NCBI GenBank assembly: GCA_965213685.1
Contig: CBDBZY010000031.1
Span: 224,001-288,000 of the forward strand
Direction: 5' to 3'
DNA length: 64,000 bases
Source of the DNA: a bacterium
GTDB taxonomy: Bacteria > UBA8248
Shown here piece after piece: positions 8,422 to 20,363 of this stretch (position 1 is the stretch's first letter; every line of letters begins with the position of its first letter). A program made the position numbers and the translations under genes. The notes beneath the pieces are model-generated. The model searched no databases and was not told the DNA's origin. It saw nothing but the letters and a program-made list of their open reading frames with translations.

Positions 8422-10740
8422 ATGGGAGACAAGGCCGAGGCATTTCGCCTCGAGGAGGCGACCATCGAGGAGCTGCACGCCGCGATTCGCGCCGGGCGCA
8501 CGACCTGCGTGGAGGTGGTCGAGGGCTACATCGCGCGCGTCCGCGCCTATAACGGCGTCGCCAGCATGCTCGTCACCGAGGACGGCGCGCCGGTTCCCGA
8601 GGCCCGGGGCACCATGCGGGGGGGTTCGCCGCTGCGCTTCCCGACGCGGACCGTCCGGGCCGCCGACGTGCTGCCCGACCTGGACAAGTATCGGGGGCCG
8701 CCCCTGGAGTTCGGGCGCATGGAGGACACCGCCTCGGACCCCGACGTCCAGCAGCAGTACGGCATGATCGTCGGCATCCCCGACGCGGGGCAGGTCAACG
8801 CCCTCGCCACCCTCAACATTCGCGGCGAGCGCTCCGTCACCTGCCGGGGGAGTTTCGACAGGCATCCCGACGAGGGCCCGCTGCCGCCGGGTGCGCCGCC
8901 CGTCTGCGAGGCGTTTCGCCGCCACCCCGACGCACGCGAGCGCGCGGCGGCACTCGACGCGGAATACGGCGCGAACCCGGACGCCGAAAAAATGCCGATG
9001 CACGGCGTGGTCTTCTCCTTCAAGGACCCCTTCGACACCAAGGACATGCGCTCCACGGGCGGCGGCGACGCCCGCTACGACATCGATTTTCCGGCGCGCG
9101 ACCACATCCTCGTCGAGCAGCTCCGCAACAAGGGCGCCATCATCTTCGCCAAGGCCGTCAGCACGGAATACAACGGGCGCGCAGGCGACCCGGGCGGGCG
9201 GCACGCACCGGAGAAGGCGCTGCCCTCCGTGCTGGGCTACCAGCGCAGCTCGTGGGGCGGGAACCCCTCGAACCCCTACGACACGACGCGCGCCGCCTCG
9301 CTCGGCTCCAGCTCCGGCTCCGCCCTCTCGGTGAGCACCAACATGGTGATGGCGAGCCTGGGCGAGGAGACGCGGGCCTCCTGCCGGGGACCCTCCAACC
9401 ACAACGCCGTCGCGCTGATTCTGCCGCACAAGGCGATGCTCGGCTTCGACGGCGGCGCCATCGGGGCGGACATCTACTGCGACAGAAGCGGCGTCATCGC
9501 CAGAACCATCGGCGATTGCGCCAGGATACTCGACGCCCTGAAAGACCCGGAGAACGGCTACTACGACCCGCGCGACCCGTTCACGACCGTGCCGCGCTCC
9601 TCCGTCCTGGAAACGCCCTATGCGACGCACGCGAGGACGGGCGGTGCGGCGGGCGCGCTCCGGGGAGTGCGCATCGGGATCATCCGCGAGTCCATGGTGT
9701 ATCCGCCGGGCTCCAAATCAGAGGAGCCCATCGTCAGGGCGGCGGCGCGCGAGATCAAGACCGTCCTCGGCGGGAAGCTCGGGGCGACGCTCCTCGAATC
9801 CACCGACCCGCTCTGGAGGAGCGACCCTGAAATCGAGACGATGAAGACGGACTTCCGGCGCGCCCTCGCGAGGCTCGTCCCCGTGTTCATGCCCGACATC
9901 ATGTTCCGGCTCACGCCCGGGGGGGCGCCCCTCTTTCCGGAATTCGCGGACGCCGTCGTCCCCACCGAGTTCGCCCCCGGCAAAACCTTCGGCGGCGGGA
10001 GCATGCAGCCCATCGACTACATGCTCGACATGGCGGAGGGCAGAATCGAGCCGCCCGCGGGCCTCGACCTCGCCGCCGTGCAGCAGCAGGAACTCGCCAT
10101 GACGTTTCGCTACCACATCCATCAATACCTCTCGCGCCGCGCCGAGGACTGGAAGGCGCGCGGATTCACCGAGACCATCACCGGGTTCGCCGAGCTGAAC
10201 GCGCGCTCGAAATTCTGGGGCGACGACCAGCGCGCCGCCTTCCGGAACTGGGAGGAGGTGACCGACCCGCGCAACCCGCTCGGGAGCCGGCAGGGGGTGA
10301 ACGAGCGCATCATGCTGCGGGAGCTCCTGCGCCGCGTGGACATGATGGTGCTCCTCGAAAACAGGCTGGACGCCCTCGTGCGGCTGCACACGCCGCTTCC
10401 GCCCGCCATCATCGGCGGCGCGAGCCAGCCGGGGCTGCTGCTGAACTCGCGGCCCGAGTCGCAGAGCGGGCCGAACGCCGGCCTGACCGAGGTGCTCGTG
10501 CCGGCGGGCTACGTCCGCACGACCTACGACCCCGCGTTCGAGCTCAGCGCAGACGGGACCCGGTTCGTGTCCGCTCCCAACGATGAGGCCACCGCCGTAC
10601 CGGAGCCGGGATTGCCGTTTTCCCTGGTCTTTCGCGCCGAACCCGGCAAGGAGGACGTGCTCCTGCGCGTCGCCTCCGCGTATGAGGCGGCGTCGAGGCG
10701 CCGCATCCCGCCGCCTGATTTCGGCCCGCTCCCGGACTAG
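8422..10740 (+). CDS. Long amidase-signature family protein (772 aa)
   Basis: EATIEELH N-terminus, FSFKD (Lys), SLGSSSGS (cis-Ser), GEETRASCRGPS (nucleophile Ser), LLRVASAYE; ATG after AAGGA. Confidence 0.88.
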   Translation: MGDKAEAFRLEEATIEELHAAIRAGRTTCVEVVEGYIARVRAYNGVASMLVTEDGAPVPEARGTMRGGSPLRFPTRTVRAADVLPDLDKYRGPPLEFGRMEDTASDPDVQQQYGMIVGIPDAGQVNALATLNIRGERSVTCRGSFDRHPDEGPLPPGAPPVCEAFRRHPDARERAAALDAEYGANPDAEKMPMHGVVFSFKDPFDTKDMRSTGGGDARYDIDFPARDHILVEQLRNKGAIIFAKAVSTEYNGRAGDPGGRHAPEKALPSVLGYQRSSWGGNPSNPYDTTRAASLGSSSGSALSVSTNMVMASLGEETRASCRGPSNHNAVALILPHKAMLGFDGGAIGADIYCDRSGVIARTIGDCARILDALKDPENGYYDPRDPFTTVPRSSVLETPYATHARTGGAAGALRGVRIGIIRESMVYPPGSKSEEPIVRAAAREIKTVLGGKLGATLLESTDPLWRSDPEIETMKTDFRRALARLVPVFMPDIMFRLTPGGAPLFPEFADAVVPTEFAPGKTFGGGSMQPIDYMLDMAEGRIEPPAGLDLAAVQQQELAMTFRYHIHQYLSRRAEDWKARGFTETITGFAELNARSKFWGDDQRAAFRNWEEVTDPRNPLGSRQGVNERIMLRELLRRVDMMVLLENRLDALVRLHTPLPPAIIGGASQPGLLLNSRPESQSGPNAGLTEVLVPAGYVRTTYDPAFELSADGTRFVSAPNDEATAVPEPGLPFSLVFRAEPGKEDVLLRVASAYEAASRRRIPPPDFGPLPD

Positions 10741-10843
10741 GCGCACCGCGCGCGCTTCCCGGAAGTTGCGGCCGCCCGCAGGGTTCGCCCGCGCGCGCCG
10801 GTTTTTCTGGGGGGAGGGGCCCGCAGCCTCCCTTCGCCGGCGC

Positions 10844-11703
10844 CTAGAATTTTCGCAGGCGCACCGCCTCCCGGCCGAAGAGCGCTTTTCTGGCGAGGCT
10901 CCAGACCGCAAAAGCGGTTTTCCTCAAAATCTCGGGCGAGGCCGCCAGCCAGCGGACCAGCACGCCCGGGCCGGCGAGGAGCGCGCATCCGCCGGCCAGC
11001 CCCGCCCCCCGCGCCAGCAGCGCGTCCACCTCCTCGGCGAGGAGGCGGAGCAGGCCCGCATCCTCGCCGCCGGCCACATAGAAACAACCCAGATACGGGT
11101 GCGGCTCGAACAGTCCCAGGCGCTCAGGGTCCGATTCCTGCGGATTCACGCGCATCGCGTCATGGAGGAGGGGGGCGCCGTCATACTCGATGCGCAGCCC
11201 CAGGGACAGGGAGGAATAATCAAACCGCTCGCCCGAGGCTACCCGTCCATGATACAGCGACTCCCCGTAGAGGAGCTTCGCGCCCGCGGCCATGCGGATT
11301 TCCGTCTCCTGCGCGTAGATGGAGCCCTTGTAGGGAATGATGGGGTCGGGCAAAAACTCGAGGCCGCATCCCCCGCCCATCTCGATATGCGTGGTCGAGA
11401 CCACCGGCTCGCCCAGGCTTCTGTAGATTTTCGTGGCGCCCTGTGTCGTCCACAAAACGCGCGTCCCCGCGCCGAGGGCGACCTCCACCTCCAGGCGGTC
11501 TCCGCCCACATGCCCGCCCGTGGGGTTGACGAGCGTCATGTGGGCCGGCTCCCCCCCCTCGGGATAGAGGGGCCGAATCAGCTGCAGGGGCACGCGGAAG
11601 AAAGAATCCCGGAGGCGCGTCCTGCCCCGCGCGCACTCGAACCGCGCGAAGGCGACGCCGTGCCGCCCCACGTTCGCGGGGACGGGCGCGCCGGGCTGCG
11701 CCA

Positions 11704-11704
<1 letters not shown>
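10844..11704 (-). CDS. ureD: Urease accessory protein UreD/UreH
   Basis: NPTGGHVGGD, TTQGATKIYRS, LPDPIIPY, GRVASGERF; TGATG overlap with the ureG stop. Confidence 0.92.
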
Positions 11705-12327
<623 letters not shown>

Positions 12328-12336
12328 CCTCCCCCA

Positions 12337-13017
12337 TCAAGAGACGAACAGGCGCGAGTACAGCCTCTGGTGGGCCATGGCGCGAATCTCGTGTCCGGCG
12401 CCCAACGAATGCGCGTCATCGAGCGGAAGCGCCAGGGCGCGCTCCACCGCAGCCTGCGCCTCGCCCTCCAGGTTCGAGACGACGCGCTGGCCCTCCGTCT
12501 GCCCGAGCGGGATCAGGCGCACGGCGGCGGAGACGAAGCCGGAGACCACGCCATAGCAGAGCGACGCCAGCGCCTCGCCGCAACCGACCCCCAGCGATTG
12601 GGCGACGCAGCCCAGCACCAGGGGGTAATGGGCGGAAGCGCGCCCCACCCTCGCCGCACCTTCCAGACCCTCCAGGAAGGGGTCGTCCACGAAGCCGCGC
12701 GCCGTGAACAAGAACTGGCGGCCCACGCTCCGGCTCCCCTCGCGCAGCGACCGGACGGGCCGGGCGGCGGCGTAGGCGCGATCCAGCCCCACCACGCGGT
12801 CGAGCGCGCCCTCCCGCTTCGCCGCAAAGGCTTCTCGCAGATAGACGCCGTCGAGCGTGGCCACGCCGTGGCGCAAAACGGACGCGACGAACTCCTCCAG
12901 CGCCCCGGCCGAGACGACGCGCTCCTGCTGCACATACGTCTCCAGACCACAGGAGTGGGCGAAGGCGCCGCGCGGAAAAGCGGAATCGGATATCTGCAGG
13001 AGCCGATAGACGCTCAT
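12337..13017 (-). CDS. ureF: Urease accessory protein UreF
   Basis: LLQISDSAFPRGAFAHSCGLE, AAVRLIPLGQTEGQ, C-terminal HQRLYSRLFVS. Confidence 0.95.
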   Translation of the reverse strand: MSVYRLLQISDSAFPRGAFAHSCGLETYVQQERVVSAGALEEFVASVLRHGVATLDGVYLREAFAAKREGALDRVVGLDRAYAAARPVRSLREGSRSVGRQFLFTARGFVDDPFLEGLEGAARVGRASAHYPLVLGCVAQSLGVGCGEALASLCYGVVSGFVSAAVRLIPLGQTEGQRVVSNLEGEAQAAVERALALPLDDAHSLGAGHEIRAMAHQRLYSRLFVS

Positions 13018-13020
13018 CTC

Positions 13021-13464
13021 CTAGTGGCGGTGCGCGTGGAAAGCGCCGAAATCGTGCGTGAAGGGCGCTCTCGCTTTCTCACACCGAACGCCCAGCTTCG
13101 AGAAATACGCCTCCAGCACATGGTCATACGGGGTGAGGATGCGCCCATCCTCCACGCAAATCGGCGCGTGGCGGTTTCCCACCTGGTAGCAGAGACGGCC
13201 CATCTCGACCTCCGACTCGGGGTAGAGGGCGAGCAGGTCCTCCGCCACGGCGGAGACGACCACCACGCGCGCATCGTCCTCGAAAAGGACGTCGCCGTCC
13301 CGGAGCGGCCGTCCCGTGGGCAGGGCGACGCCGAGCTCCGTGCCCGCGTCGGAGCGCACCCGCTGGCGGCTCCGGAGCCTGTCCTCCCAGCCCAGGGCCA
13401 CGCACTCGACGCGCCTGTGCTCATCGGCGGATAGCCTGCCCCGGAGCTCTTCGACGAGAATCAT
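13021..13464 (-). CDS. ureE: Urease accessory nickel chaperone UreE
   Basis: Start ATG 13464 (MILVEE); LRDGDVL and YQVGNRH motifs; short HAHRH tail. Confidence 0.9.
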   Translation of the reverse strand: MILVEELRGRLSADEHRRVECVALGWEDRLRSRQRVRSDAGTELGVALPTGRPLRDGDVLFEDDARVVVVSAVAEDLLALYPESEVEMGRLCYQVGNRHAPICVEDGRILTPYDHVLEAYFSKLGVRCEKARAPFTHDFGAFHAHRH

Positions 13465-13472
13465 CGCGTCCC

Positions 13473-15185
13473 CTAGAACAGGAAATACCGCTGGGCCATG
13501 GGCAGCTCCTCCGCCGGTGCGCAGGAGAGAACCGCGCCGTCCGCCTTCACCACGTAGGTTTCGGGGTCCACCTCCATCTCGGGCAGCGCGTCGTTGAGGC
13601 GCATGTCCTTCTTGCCGATAGCGCGGCAACGCGACACCGGCGCGACCATCTTGCGCAAGCCCAGCGCCTCCCCGACGCGCGCGTCGGCCGCCGCCCGCGA
13701 GACGAAGGCGCAGGAAGTAGCGCCCGCCGCCCCGCCCATCGCCCCGAACATGGGACGGCCCAGGACGGGCTGCGGCGTGGGGATGGAGGCGTTGGGGTCG
13801 CCCATCGCCGCGTGGGCGATGAAGCCGCCCTTCACCACCACCTCCGGCTTCGCGCCGAAGAACGCCGGCTTCCAGAGAACCATGTCGGCCATCTTCCCCA
13901 CCTCGATGGAGCCGACGTAATCGGCGATCCCGTGGGCGATCGCCGGGTTGATGGTGTATTTGGCGACATAGCGCCGCGCCCGGAAGTTGTCGTTGTCGCC
14001 CGCCTCCTCGGGCAAGGCGCCGCGCTGCCGCTTCATCTTGTCCGCCGTCTGCCAGGTGCGGATGATCACCTCGCCGACGCGGCCCATCGCCTGGGAGTCG
14101 GAGCCCATCATGCTGAACGCGCCCATGTCGTGGAGAATGTCCTCCGCCGCGATGGTCTCCGCCCGGATTCTCGACTCGGCGAAGGCCACGTCCTCCGGAA
14201 TCCTGCTGTCGAGGTGATGGCACACCATGAGCATGTCGAGGTGCTCGTCCACGGTGTTCACCGTGAAGGGGCGCGTGGGGTTCGTCGAGGAGGGAAGCAC
14301 GTTCGCCTCCCCGCACACGCGGATGATGTCGGGCGCATGGCCGCCGCCCGCCCCCTCCGTGTGGTAGGTGTGGATGGTCCGGCCCCGGAACGCGGCGATG
14401 GACGCCTCGACGAAGCCCGATTCGTTGAGCGTATCGGTATGGATGCACACCTGCACGTCCATCTCGTCCGCCACGCCGAGGCAGCAATCAATCGCCGCGG
14501 GCGTGGTTCCCCAATCCTCATGGAGCTTCAGACCGGCGGCGCCCGCGCGAATCTGCTCCTCCAAAGGCTCCGGACGCGAGGCGTTCCCCTTTCCCAGAAA
14601 GCCCAGGTTCATGGGGTAGGCCTCCGCCGCCTGGAGCATTCTGGCGATGTTCCAGGCCCCCGGGGTGCAGGTGGTGGCGTTCGTGCCCGTGGCGGGCCCG
14701 GTGCCCCCGCCGAACATGGTGGTGACGCCCGAGGCGAGCGCCTCGTCTATCTGCTGGGGGCAGATGAAGTGGATGTGGGTGTCCACTCCGCCCGCGGTGA
14801 GGATCATCCCCTCGCCCGCCAGCACCTCGGTGGCGGCGCCGATGGTCATGTCCACCCCTTCCATGAGATGCGGATTCCCCGACTTGCCGACGCCGGCTAT
14901 TTTCCCGTCCCGGACGCCGACGTCCGCCTTCACCACGCCCCAATGGTCGAGAATCAGGGCGTTGGTGATCAGCAGGTCGACCGCTTCCCCCGCGCGCGTC
15001 TCGGTGGGCGATTGCCCCATGCCGTCCCGGATGACCTTGCCGCCGCCGAACTTCGACTCCTCGCCATAGACGGTACGATCCTCCTCCACCTCGATAAAAA
15101 GCGCGGTGTCCGCAAGCCGCACCCTGTCCCCCACCGTGGGGCCGAACATGTCGGCATAGGCGCGTCTGTCCATCCGAAAAGCCAT
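13473..15185 (-). CDS. ureC: Urease subunit alpha
   Basis: [70 protein letters not shown]; start ATG 15185. Confidence 0.98.
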   Translation of the reverse strand: MAFRMDRRAYADMFGPTVGDRVRLADTALFIEVEEDRTVYGEESKFGGGKVIRDGMGQSPTETRAGEAVDLLITNALILDHWGVVKADVGVRDGKIAGVGKSGNPHLMEGVDMTIGAATEVLAGEGMILTAGGVDTHIHFICPQQIDEALASGVTTMFGGGTGPATGTNATTCTPGAWNIARMLQAAEAYPMNLGFLGKGNASRPEPLEEQIRAGAAGLKLHEDWGTTPAAIDCCLGVADEMDVQVCIHTDTLNESGFVEASIAAFRGRTIHTYHTEGAGGGHAPDIIRVCGEANVLPSSTNPTRPFTVNTVDEHLDMLMVCHHLDSRIPEDVAFAESRIRAETIAAEDILHDMGAFSMMGSDSQAMGRVGEVIIRTWQTADKMKRQRGALPEEAGDNDNFRARRYVAKYTINPAIAHGIADYVGSIEVGKMADMVLWKPAFFGAKPEVVVKGGFIAHAAMGDPNASIPTPQPVLGRPMFGAMGGAAGATSCAFVSRAAADARVGEALGLRKMVAPVSRCRAIGKKDMRLNDALPEMEVDPETYVVKADGAVLSCAPAEELPMAQRYFLF

Positions 15186-15556
15186 CAGCCCGCCCCCCCA
15201 TAGCCCCCGGCCCGGGCTTTCTCGATGGCCTCCTCCCGCACGACGTCGGAGTCGAGCGCACCCTCCGTCAGCCCGTTCAGCCCCAGGACGGCGCGCGCAC
15301 CGGCGAGAGCGACGAGTCCCACCTCCTTCTCGTCGCCGGGCTCGAAGCGCACGGCCGTTCCCGCCGGTATGTCCAGCCGCATCCCGAAAGCCGCCCTCCT
15401 GTCGAAATCGAGCAGGGGGTTCGCCTCGAAAAAATGAAAGTGCGAGCCGACCTGGATGGGTCGATCCCCCCGGTTCGCCACGAGGAGGGAGGCGGTCTCC
15501 CGCCCCGCGTTCAGAACGATTTCGCCGTCGGCCAACAGATATTCGCCGGGTATCAT
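15185..15556 (-). CDS. ureB: Urease subunit beta
   Basis: [38 protein letters not shown]. Confidence 0.97.
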   Translation of the reverse strand: MIPGEYLLADGEIVLNAGRETASLLVANRGDRPIQVGSHFHFFEANPLLDFDRRAAFGMRLDIPAGTAVRFEPGDEKEVGLVALAGARAVLGLNGLTEGALDSDVVREEAIEKARAGGYGGAG

Positions 15557-15573
15557 GCGCCTCCCCCTCCCCC

Positions 15574-15879
15574 TCAGTCGCGTATCGGGTCGTGCACCGT
15601 GACGAGCTTGGTGCCATCGGGAAACGTGCCCTCCACCTGCACCTCGTGAATCATCTCGGGCACCCCCTCCATGACGTCCTCCCGCGTGAGGATCGCCGCG
15701 CCGTGACGCATCAGCTCGGCGACGGATTTCCCGTCGCGCGCCCCCTCGAGCACCTCGGCCGTGATGATGCTGACGGCTTCGGGGTAGTTGAGCTTCAATC
15801 CGCGCGCCCGGCGCCTCCGCGCCAACTCCGCCGCCAGGAAAACGAGGAGCTTCTCCCGCTCCCTCGGTGTCAAATACAT
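15574..15879 (-). CDS. ureA: Urease subunit gamma
   Basis: [36 protein letters not shown]. Confidence 0.98.
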   Translation of the reverse strand: MYLTPREREKLLVFLAAELARRRRARGLKLNYPEAVSIITAEVLEGARDGKSVAELMRHGAAILTREDVMEGVPEMIHEVQVEGTFPDGTKLVTVHDPIRD

Positions 15880-15934
15880 CGCCTGCCTCCTGGTTGGGCC
15901 TGCCTCCTGGTTGGAAAACCCTCGGGGGGCGGGA

Positions 15935-16630
15935 TCATGCGGTCAAGCGGTCCAGGAGCGCGCCGTCGCACTCGCCCTCCGCCTTTCCGGTGGCCGTGAA
16001 TTCCCCCTTCTCCATCACGTAATACGCATCCGAGAGCCGCCAGGCGAACTCCAGATACTGCTCCACCAGAATGACCCCCACGTCGCCGCGCTCCTTGATC
16101 TTCCAGAGAACGCTCTCGATGTCCAGGATGATGGAGGGCTGGATGCCCTCGGTCGGCTCATCGAGCAACAGGAGCCTGGGTTCGCTCACCAGGGCGCGGG
16201 CGATGGCGAGCTGCTGCTGCTGGCCGCCGCTCAGCACGCCCCCCTTTCGTCCGAGCATCTCCCGCAGCACGGGAAAAAGCGCGAAAACGCTCTCATCATA
16301 GCATTTGGGGCGCGCCGGGTGCGCCTCGAGTCCGAGCAGGAGGTTCTCATGCACGCTCAGCTGCGGAAAAATCTCCCGCCCCTGGGGAACATACGCCATC
16401 CCGAGCCGGGCGCGCGCCTCCGGCCGCGCCGAGGTGACGTCCTGCCCCAGGAATTCGATTTTCCCCGCCTCGGGCCGGAGCAGGCCGACGACGGACTTCA
16501 GGAACGTCGTCTTGCCCATGCCGTTTCTGCCGATGATGCCCGCGATCTCCCCGGCGCCCACCCGGATGTCGAGGCCGCGCAGAACGCGGCTCTCCCCGTA
16601 GCAGGCGTGCAGCCCATCCACCCTAAGCAC
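15935..16630 (-). CDS. urtE: Urea ABC transporter ATP-binding protein UrtE
   Basis: [41 protein letters not shown]; GTG start at 16630 overlapping the urtD end. Confidence 0.93.
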   Translation of the reverse strand: MLRVDGLHACYGESRVLRGLDIRVGAGEIAGIIGRNGMGKTTFLKSVVGLLRPEAGKIEFLGQDVTSARPEARARLGMAYVPQGREIFPQLSVHENLLLGLEAHPARPKCYDESVFALFPVLREMLGRKGGVLSGGQQQQLAIARALVSEPRLLLLDEPTEGIQPSIILDIESVLWKIKERGDVGVILVEQYLEFAWRLSDAYYVMEKGEFTATGKAEGECDGALLDRLTA

Positions 16631-17390
16631 GTTCTTCGCTTCCCCTGCCGAGGTAGAGTTCAATGACCCGCGGGTCTCGATGCACATGATCGATGGAGCC
16701 CTCGCATATGACGGCGCCCTCGTGCAGCACGGTGACGCGCTCGGCGACCTCCCGCACGAATTTCATGTCATGCTCGATGACGAGCACGGATCGCCGCGCG
16801 GCGATCTTGCGCAAAAGCGCGCCCGTCTTCTCCGTCTCCCTGTCCGTCATTCCGGCCACCGGCTCGTCCACGAGCAGCAAATCCGGATCCTGGGCCACCA
16901 CCATGCCGATCTCCAGCCATTGCTTCTCGCCGTGGGCCAGCAAGCCGGCCCGCCAGCCGCCCTTGGAAGCCAGCCCGATGACGTCGAGCGTCTCCTCGAC
17001 TTTCTCCCGGGCCTCCGGAGCGGGCCCGGTGAACAAAAGCGGCATCACCCTCTTGTCCTGCCTGACGGAGAGCTCGAGATTCTCGCGCACCGTCAGGTTC
17101 TCATAAATCGTCGGCGTCTGGAACTTTCTGCCGATGCCCGCGTTCGAGATTTCCTCCGGCCGCATCCGGGCGAGGTTGGTCTTCTCCTTGAAAACCACCC
17201 GGCCCGCATCCGGCTTCACCTTGCCGGTGACGACGTCGAGAAGCGTGGTTTTCCCCGCTCCGTTCGGGCCGATGACGCAGCGCAGCTCCCCCCTGTCCAT
17301 CTCGAAATTCAGCGCGTTCAGCGCGCGGAAGCCGTCGAAGATGACGAACACGTCCTCCATGTAGAGTATGCTTCTCGACGTCAGCGCCAT
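16623..17390 (-). CDS. urtD: Urea ABC transporter ATP-binding protein UrtD
   Basis: GPNGAGKT, GIGRKFQTP, HGEKQWLEIGM, DEPVAGM. Confidence 0.94.
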   Translation of the reverse strand: MALTSRSILYMEDVFVIFDGFRALNALNFEMDRGELRCVIGPNGAGKTTLLDVVTGKVKPDAGRVVFKEKTNLARMRPEEISNAGIGRKFQTPTIYENLTVRENLELSVRQDKRVMPLLFTGPAPEAREKVEETLDVIGLASKGGWRAGLLAHGEKQWLEIGMVVAQDPDLLLVDEPVAGMTDRETEKTGALLRKIAARRSVLVIEHDMKFVREVAERVTVLHEGAVICEGSIDHVHRDPRVIELYLGRGSEERA

Positions 17391-17399
17391 GACGCTCCC

Positions 17400-18563
17400 C
17401 TAGCCTCCTTCCGGTTGCGCCGCCCGCCGCCCGGGGGCCGCCTCCGCGCGGCGCCCGCGCGTCCACCTGCGCAGATTCCGGGGCGCCCCGCGCGCCAGGC
17501 CGACGACGCCGTCCGGAAAGAACCGCACCACGAGGACGAACACGCCGCCCAGAAAGTAGAGCCAGTAATCCGGATAGGTCGACGTCAGGTAGCTGCGCGC
17601 CCAGTTCACGCCGACCGCGCCGACGACCGCGCCGATGAGGGACCCCCGTCCCCCGACCGCCACCCAGATGACCATCTCGATGGAGGGCAGCACCCCGATG
17701 CGCCCGGGGGTGATGATGCCCACCTGGGGCGCGTAGAGTGCGCCGGCCACCCCCGCCAGCATGGCGGACACGCTGAAGACGAACACCTTGTAGTTCGCGG
17801 GCGTGTACCCCGAGTAGAGCACGCGGTTTTCCGCGTCGCGAATCGCCAGCAGGATTTTTCCGGCCCGGGAGCGCACTATCCACCGGCAAAGGAGGTATGC
17901 GCCGCAGAGGGCGAGGGCGGTGATGACGTACAGCCCCCTCTGCGTGGAAACCTCCGCGAGCCCGTAGCCCAGAATTTTCTTGAAGTTGGTGAGTCCGTTC
18001 GTTCCGCCCAGGTTCACCTCGTTGCGGTTGAACACGAGCCAGGCGGAGAGTGCCAGGGCCTGCGTGATGATGGCGAAATACACGCCGCGAACGCGCGTCC
18101 GGAAAGCCAGGAAGCCGAAGACGGCGGCCAGGGCGCCCGGCACGAGCGCCACGGCGGCCAGCGTGAAGGGAAACGAATGAAACGGCCTCCAGAACAGGGG
18201 CAGCTCCTTCACGCGGTTCCAGACCATGAAGTCGGGCAGCTTGCTCTGGTAGACTCCCTCGCCGCCGATCTCGAGCGTCAGATACATCCCCATGCAATAG
18301 GCTCCGAGGCCGAAAAAAACGCCGTGGCCCATGCTCAGGATGCCCGTGAAGCCCCAGATCAGGTCGAGACCCAGGGCCAGGATGGCGTAGGCCAGAAATT
18401 TCCCGAACAGGTTGAGCGTAAAGTCCGAGACGTGAAAAAACGACCCTGGTGCGGCGAACGCATTCAGGGAGGGCATGGCGACGAGAAACCAAAAGGCCCC
18501 GGCGGCGAGAACGACCCCGCCGATTCTCCTCTCCACCCTGTCCGCCAACGCTTCCTGCGGCAT
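17400..18563 (-). CDS. urtC: Urea ABC transporter permease UrtC
   Basis: LDLIWGFTGILSMGHG, LPDFMVWN, GVYFAIITQAL, GGTNGLTNF. Confidence 0.94.
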   Translation of the reverse strand: MPQEALADRVERRIGGVVLAAGAFWFLVAMPSLNAFAAPGSFFHVSDFTLNLFGKFLAYAILALGLDLIWGFTGILSMGHGVFFGLGAYCMGMYLTLEIGGEGVYQSKLPDFMVWNRVKELPLFWRPFHSFPFTLAAVALVPGALAAVFGFLAFRTRVRGVYFAIITQALALSAWLVFNRNEVNLGGTNGLTNFKKILGYGLAEVSTQRGLYVITALALCGAYLLCRWIVRSRAGKILLAIRDAENRVLYSGYTPANYKVFVFSVSAMLAGVAGALYAPQVGIITPGRIGVLPSIEMVIWVAVGGRGSLIGAVVGAVGVNWARSYLTSTYPDYWLYFLGGVFVLVVRFFPDGVVGLARGAPRNLRRWTRGRRAEAAPGRRAAQPEGG

Positions 18564-18568
18564 CGCGC

Positions 18569-20302
18569 TCAGGCTCCTCTCGTCCGGATGGCGAACAGCC
18601 CCTCCGGCCTTCTTTGCAGGAACAGAATCACCAGAACCAGAATCACCACCTTGCCGAACACCGCGCCCATCGCCGGCTCGAGTATCTTGTTCATGCCGCC
18701 GATGCCAAAGCCCGCCACGATGGTTCCGAGAATCTTGCCGACGCCGCCCGTCACCACCACCATGAAGGAATCCACGATATAGTTTTGCCCCAGGTCAGGC
18801 CCCACGTTTCCGACCTGGCTCAGGGCGGCGCCCGCCATGCCCGCCAGCCCGGCGCCGAACGCGAACGTCCCGGCGTCCACGCGCCGGGAGGGGACGCCCA
18901 GGCAGGTGCTCATGCTCCGGTTCTGGGTCACGGCGCGAATCCGCAACCCCGCCCGGGTGCGGAACAGGAACCCGTATGTGCCCGCCACGCAAAAGGCGGC
19001 CAGCCCGATGATGAACATCCGGTTGTAGGGGAACTGGACGCCCACCATGAGGTGATGCCCCCCGCTCAGCCACTCGGGGGATTTCACGTCCACGTTCTGC
19101 GCGCCGAATACCTGGCGAACCGCCTGCTGCAGAATCAGGCTGATCCCCCAGGTGGTCAGAAGCGTCTCCAGCGGTCGGCCATACAGGTGGCGGATGATGG
19201 AAATCTCCATCAGATAGCCCATGAGGGCGGACGCCGCGAAGGCGGCGGGAAGCGCCAGTATGAAATACCAGCCAAAGTAATGCGGCGGAAGATGGGAGAG
19301 GAACACGCCCTGGATGAGAAAGGTGGCGTAGGCGCCCAGCATCATCAACTCCCCGTGCGCCATGTTGATCACGCCCATGAGCCCGAAAACGATGGCCAGC
19401 CCCAGCGCCATCAGCAACAGGATGGAGCCCAGGCTCAGGCCCCGAAACAAGGTGCCGATGATGGAGGTCCAGGTCAGGTAGGCCTCGATTTCCCGTATGG
19501 CCTCGCCCGCCGCCGCGCGCACGGATGCGGCAGGGTCGCCGCTCGCCAGACGCCTCAGCTGCGAGACGGCGTTCAGCCCGCGAATCTCGCCCAGCCTGGC
19601 GGCCGCGAGGCGCCTCTCCTCGGGCTGGGGCGATTGCAGCAGAATCAGCGCCTTCGCCTCCACGATCGCGTGGCGACCCAGCCAGTGGGTCTCGCCCTCG
19701 AGCGCCCCGTCGAGGAGCGGAATGATGTCCGGCCCCCCCACCCTCGCCATTCGCGTCGCCGCCGCGCGGCGCACGTTCGGGTCGTCGGACCGGAGTTGCG
19801 CAGCACTCTGGAGCCGGTTCAGATGGGGCTTGATCGCCCGGCGGATTCTGCGGCCAGCGCGAATCTCGTCGAGTTGCCCGCCGGGAACGAAAAGAGGGCG
19901 CCCCTCCGGGGAGAGGAGCCGCTTCCTCCCCCGTATCGAGAAGAGCGGAACATATTCCGCGCCGTCGTCGCGGGCGAGGGCGTCTCCGCCGATGACGAGC
20001 CGGGTTTCTCCCGACTCGGATTTCCATTGGTAAAGGCTGCCCTCGCGAAGCGCCAGGAGGAGGGGCAGCAGGTTCGGCTCCAGGCGCTTCGCGAGACGAA
20101 CGGCAGCGCGTCTTCTCTTCTGTCGATCCTTCGATTGCAGTTGCGCGATCTCCGCCCGGACGCCCGGCGAAAACGCTTCCGCCCGCGCCTCGCCCCTCCC
20201 CGCGAGGCCAAAAACAGCCGCCGCGAGCAGGAGGAGGGCGCAAGACCGGAAGGCTCTCGCCAGTTCTCCGCGCGGAATCGCAACCACGCCGGCCCGCTGC
20301 AT
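18569..20302 (-). CDS. urtB: Urea ABC transporter permease UrtB with N-terminal HEAT-repeat periplasmic domain
   Basis: GLMGVINMAHGE, LYGRPLETLL, YIVDSFMVVV; HEAT-like repeats (PNVRRAAA, ERRLAAARLG, ASVRAAAGEA). Confidence 0.92.
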   Translation of the reverse strand: MQRAGVVAIPRGELARAFRSCALLLLAAAVFGLAGRGEARAEAFSPGVRAEIAQLQSKDRQKRRRAAVRLAKRLEPNLLPLLLALREGSLYQWKSESGETRLVIGGDALARDDGAEYVPLFSIRGRKRLLSPEGRPLFVPGGQLDEIRAGRRIRRAIKPHLNRLQSAAQLRSDDPNVRRAAATRMARVGGPDIIPLLDGALEGETHWLGRHAIVEAKALILLQSPQPEERRLAAARLGEIRGLNAVSQLRRLASGDPAASVRAAAGEAIREIEAYLTWTSIIGTLFRGLSLGSILLLMALGLAIVFGLMGVINMAHGELMMLGAYATFLIQGVFLSHLPPHYFGWYFILALPAAFAASALMGYLMEISIIRHLYGRPLETLLTTWGISLILQQAVRQVFGAQNVDVKSPEWLSGGHHLMVGVQFPYNRMFIIGLAAFCVAGTYGFLFRTRAGLRIRAVTQNRSMSTCLGVPSRRVDAGTFAFGAGLAGMAGAALSQVGNVGPDLGQNYIVDSFMVVVTGGVGKILGTIVAGFGIGGMNKILEPAMGAVFGKVVILVLVILFLQRRPEGLFAIRTRGA

Positions 20303-20363
20303 ACCCCCTCCTTCGCCGTGTTCGGCGCGTCGCCGGTATTCGTTCGCGATTCCTATGCTGCCA

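Noticed and set aside
19500-20302. HEAT-repeat extension of UrtB as a novel fusion
   Set aside because: Long UrtB proteins with this periplasmic extension are already known in proteobacterial urt operons.
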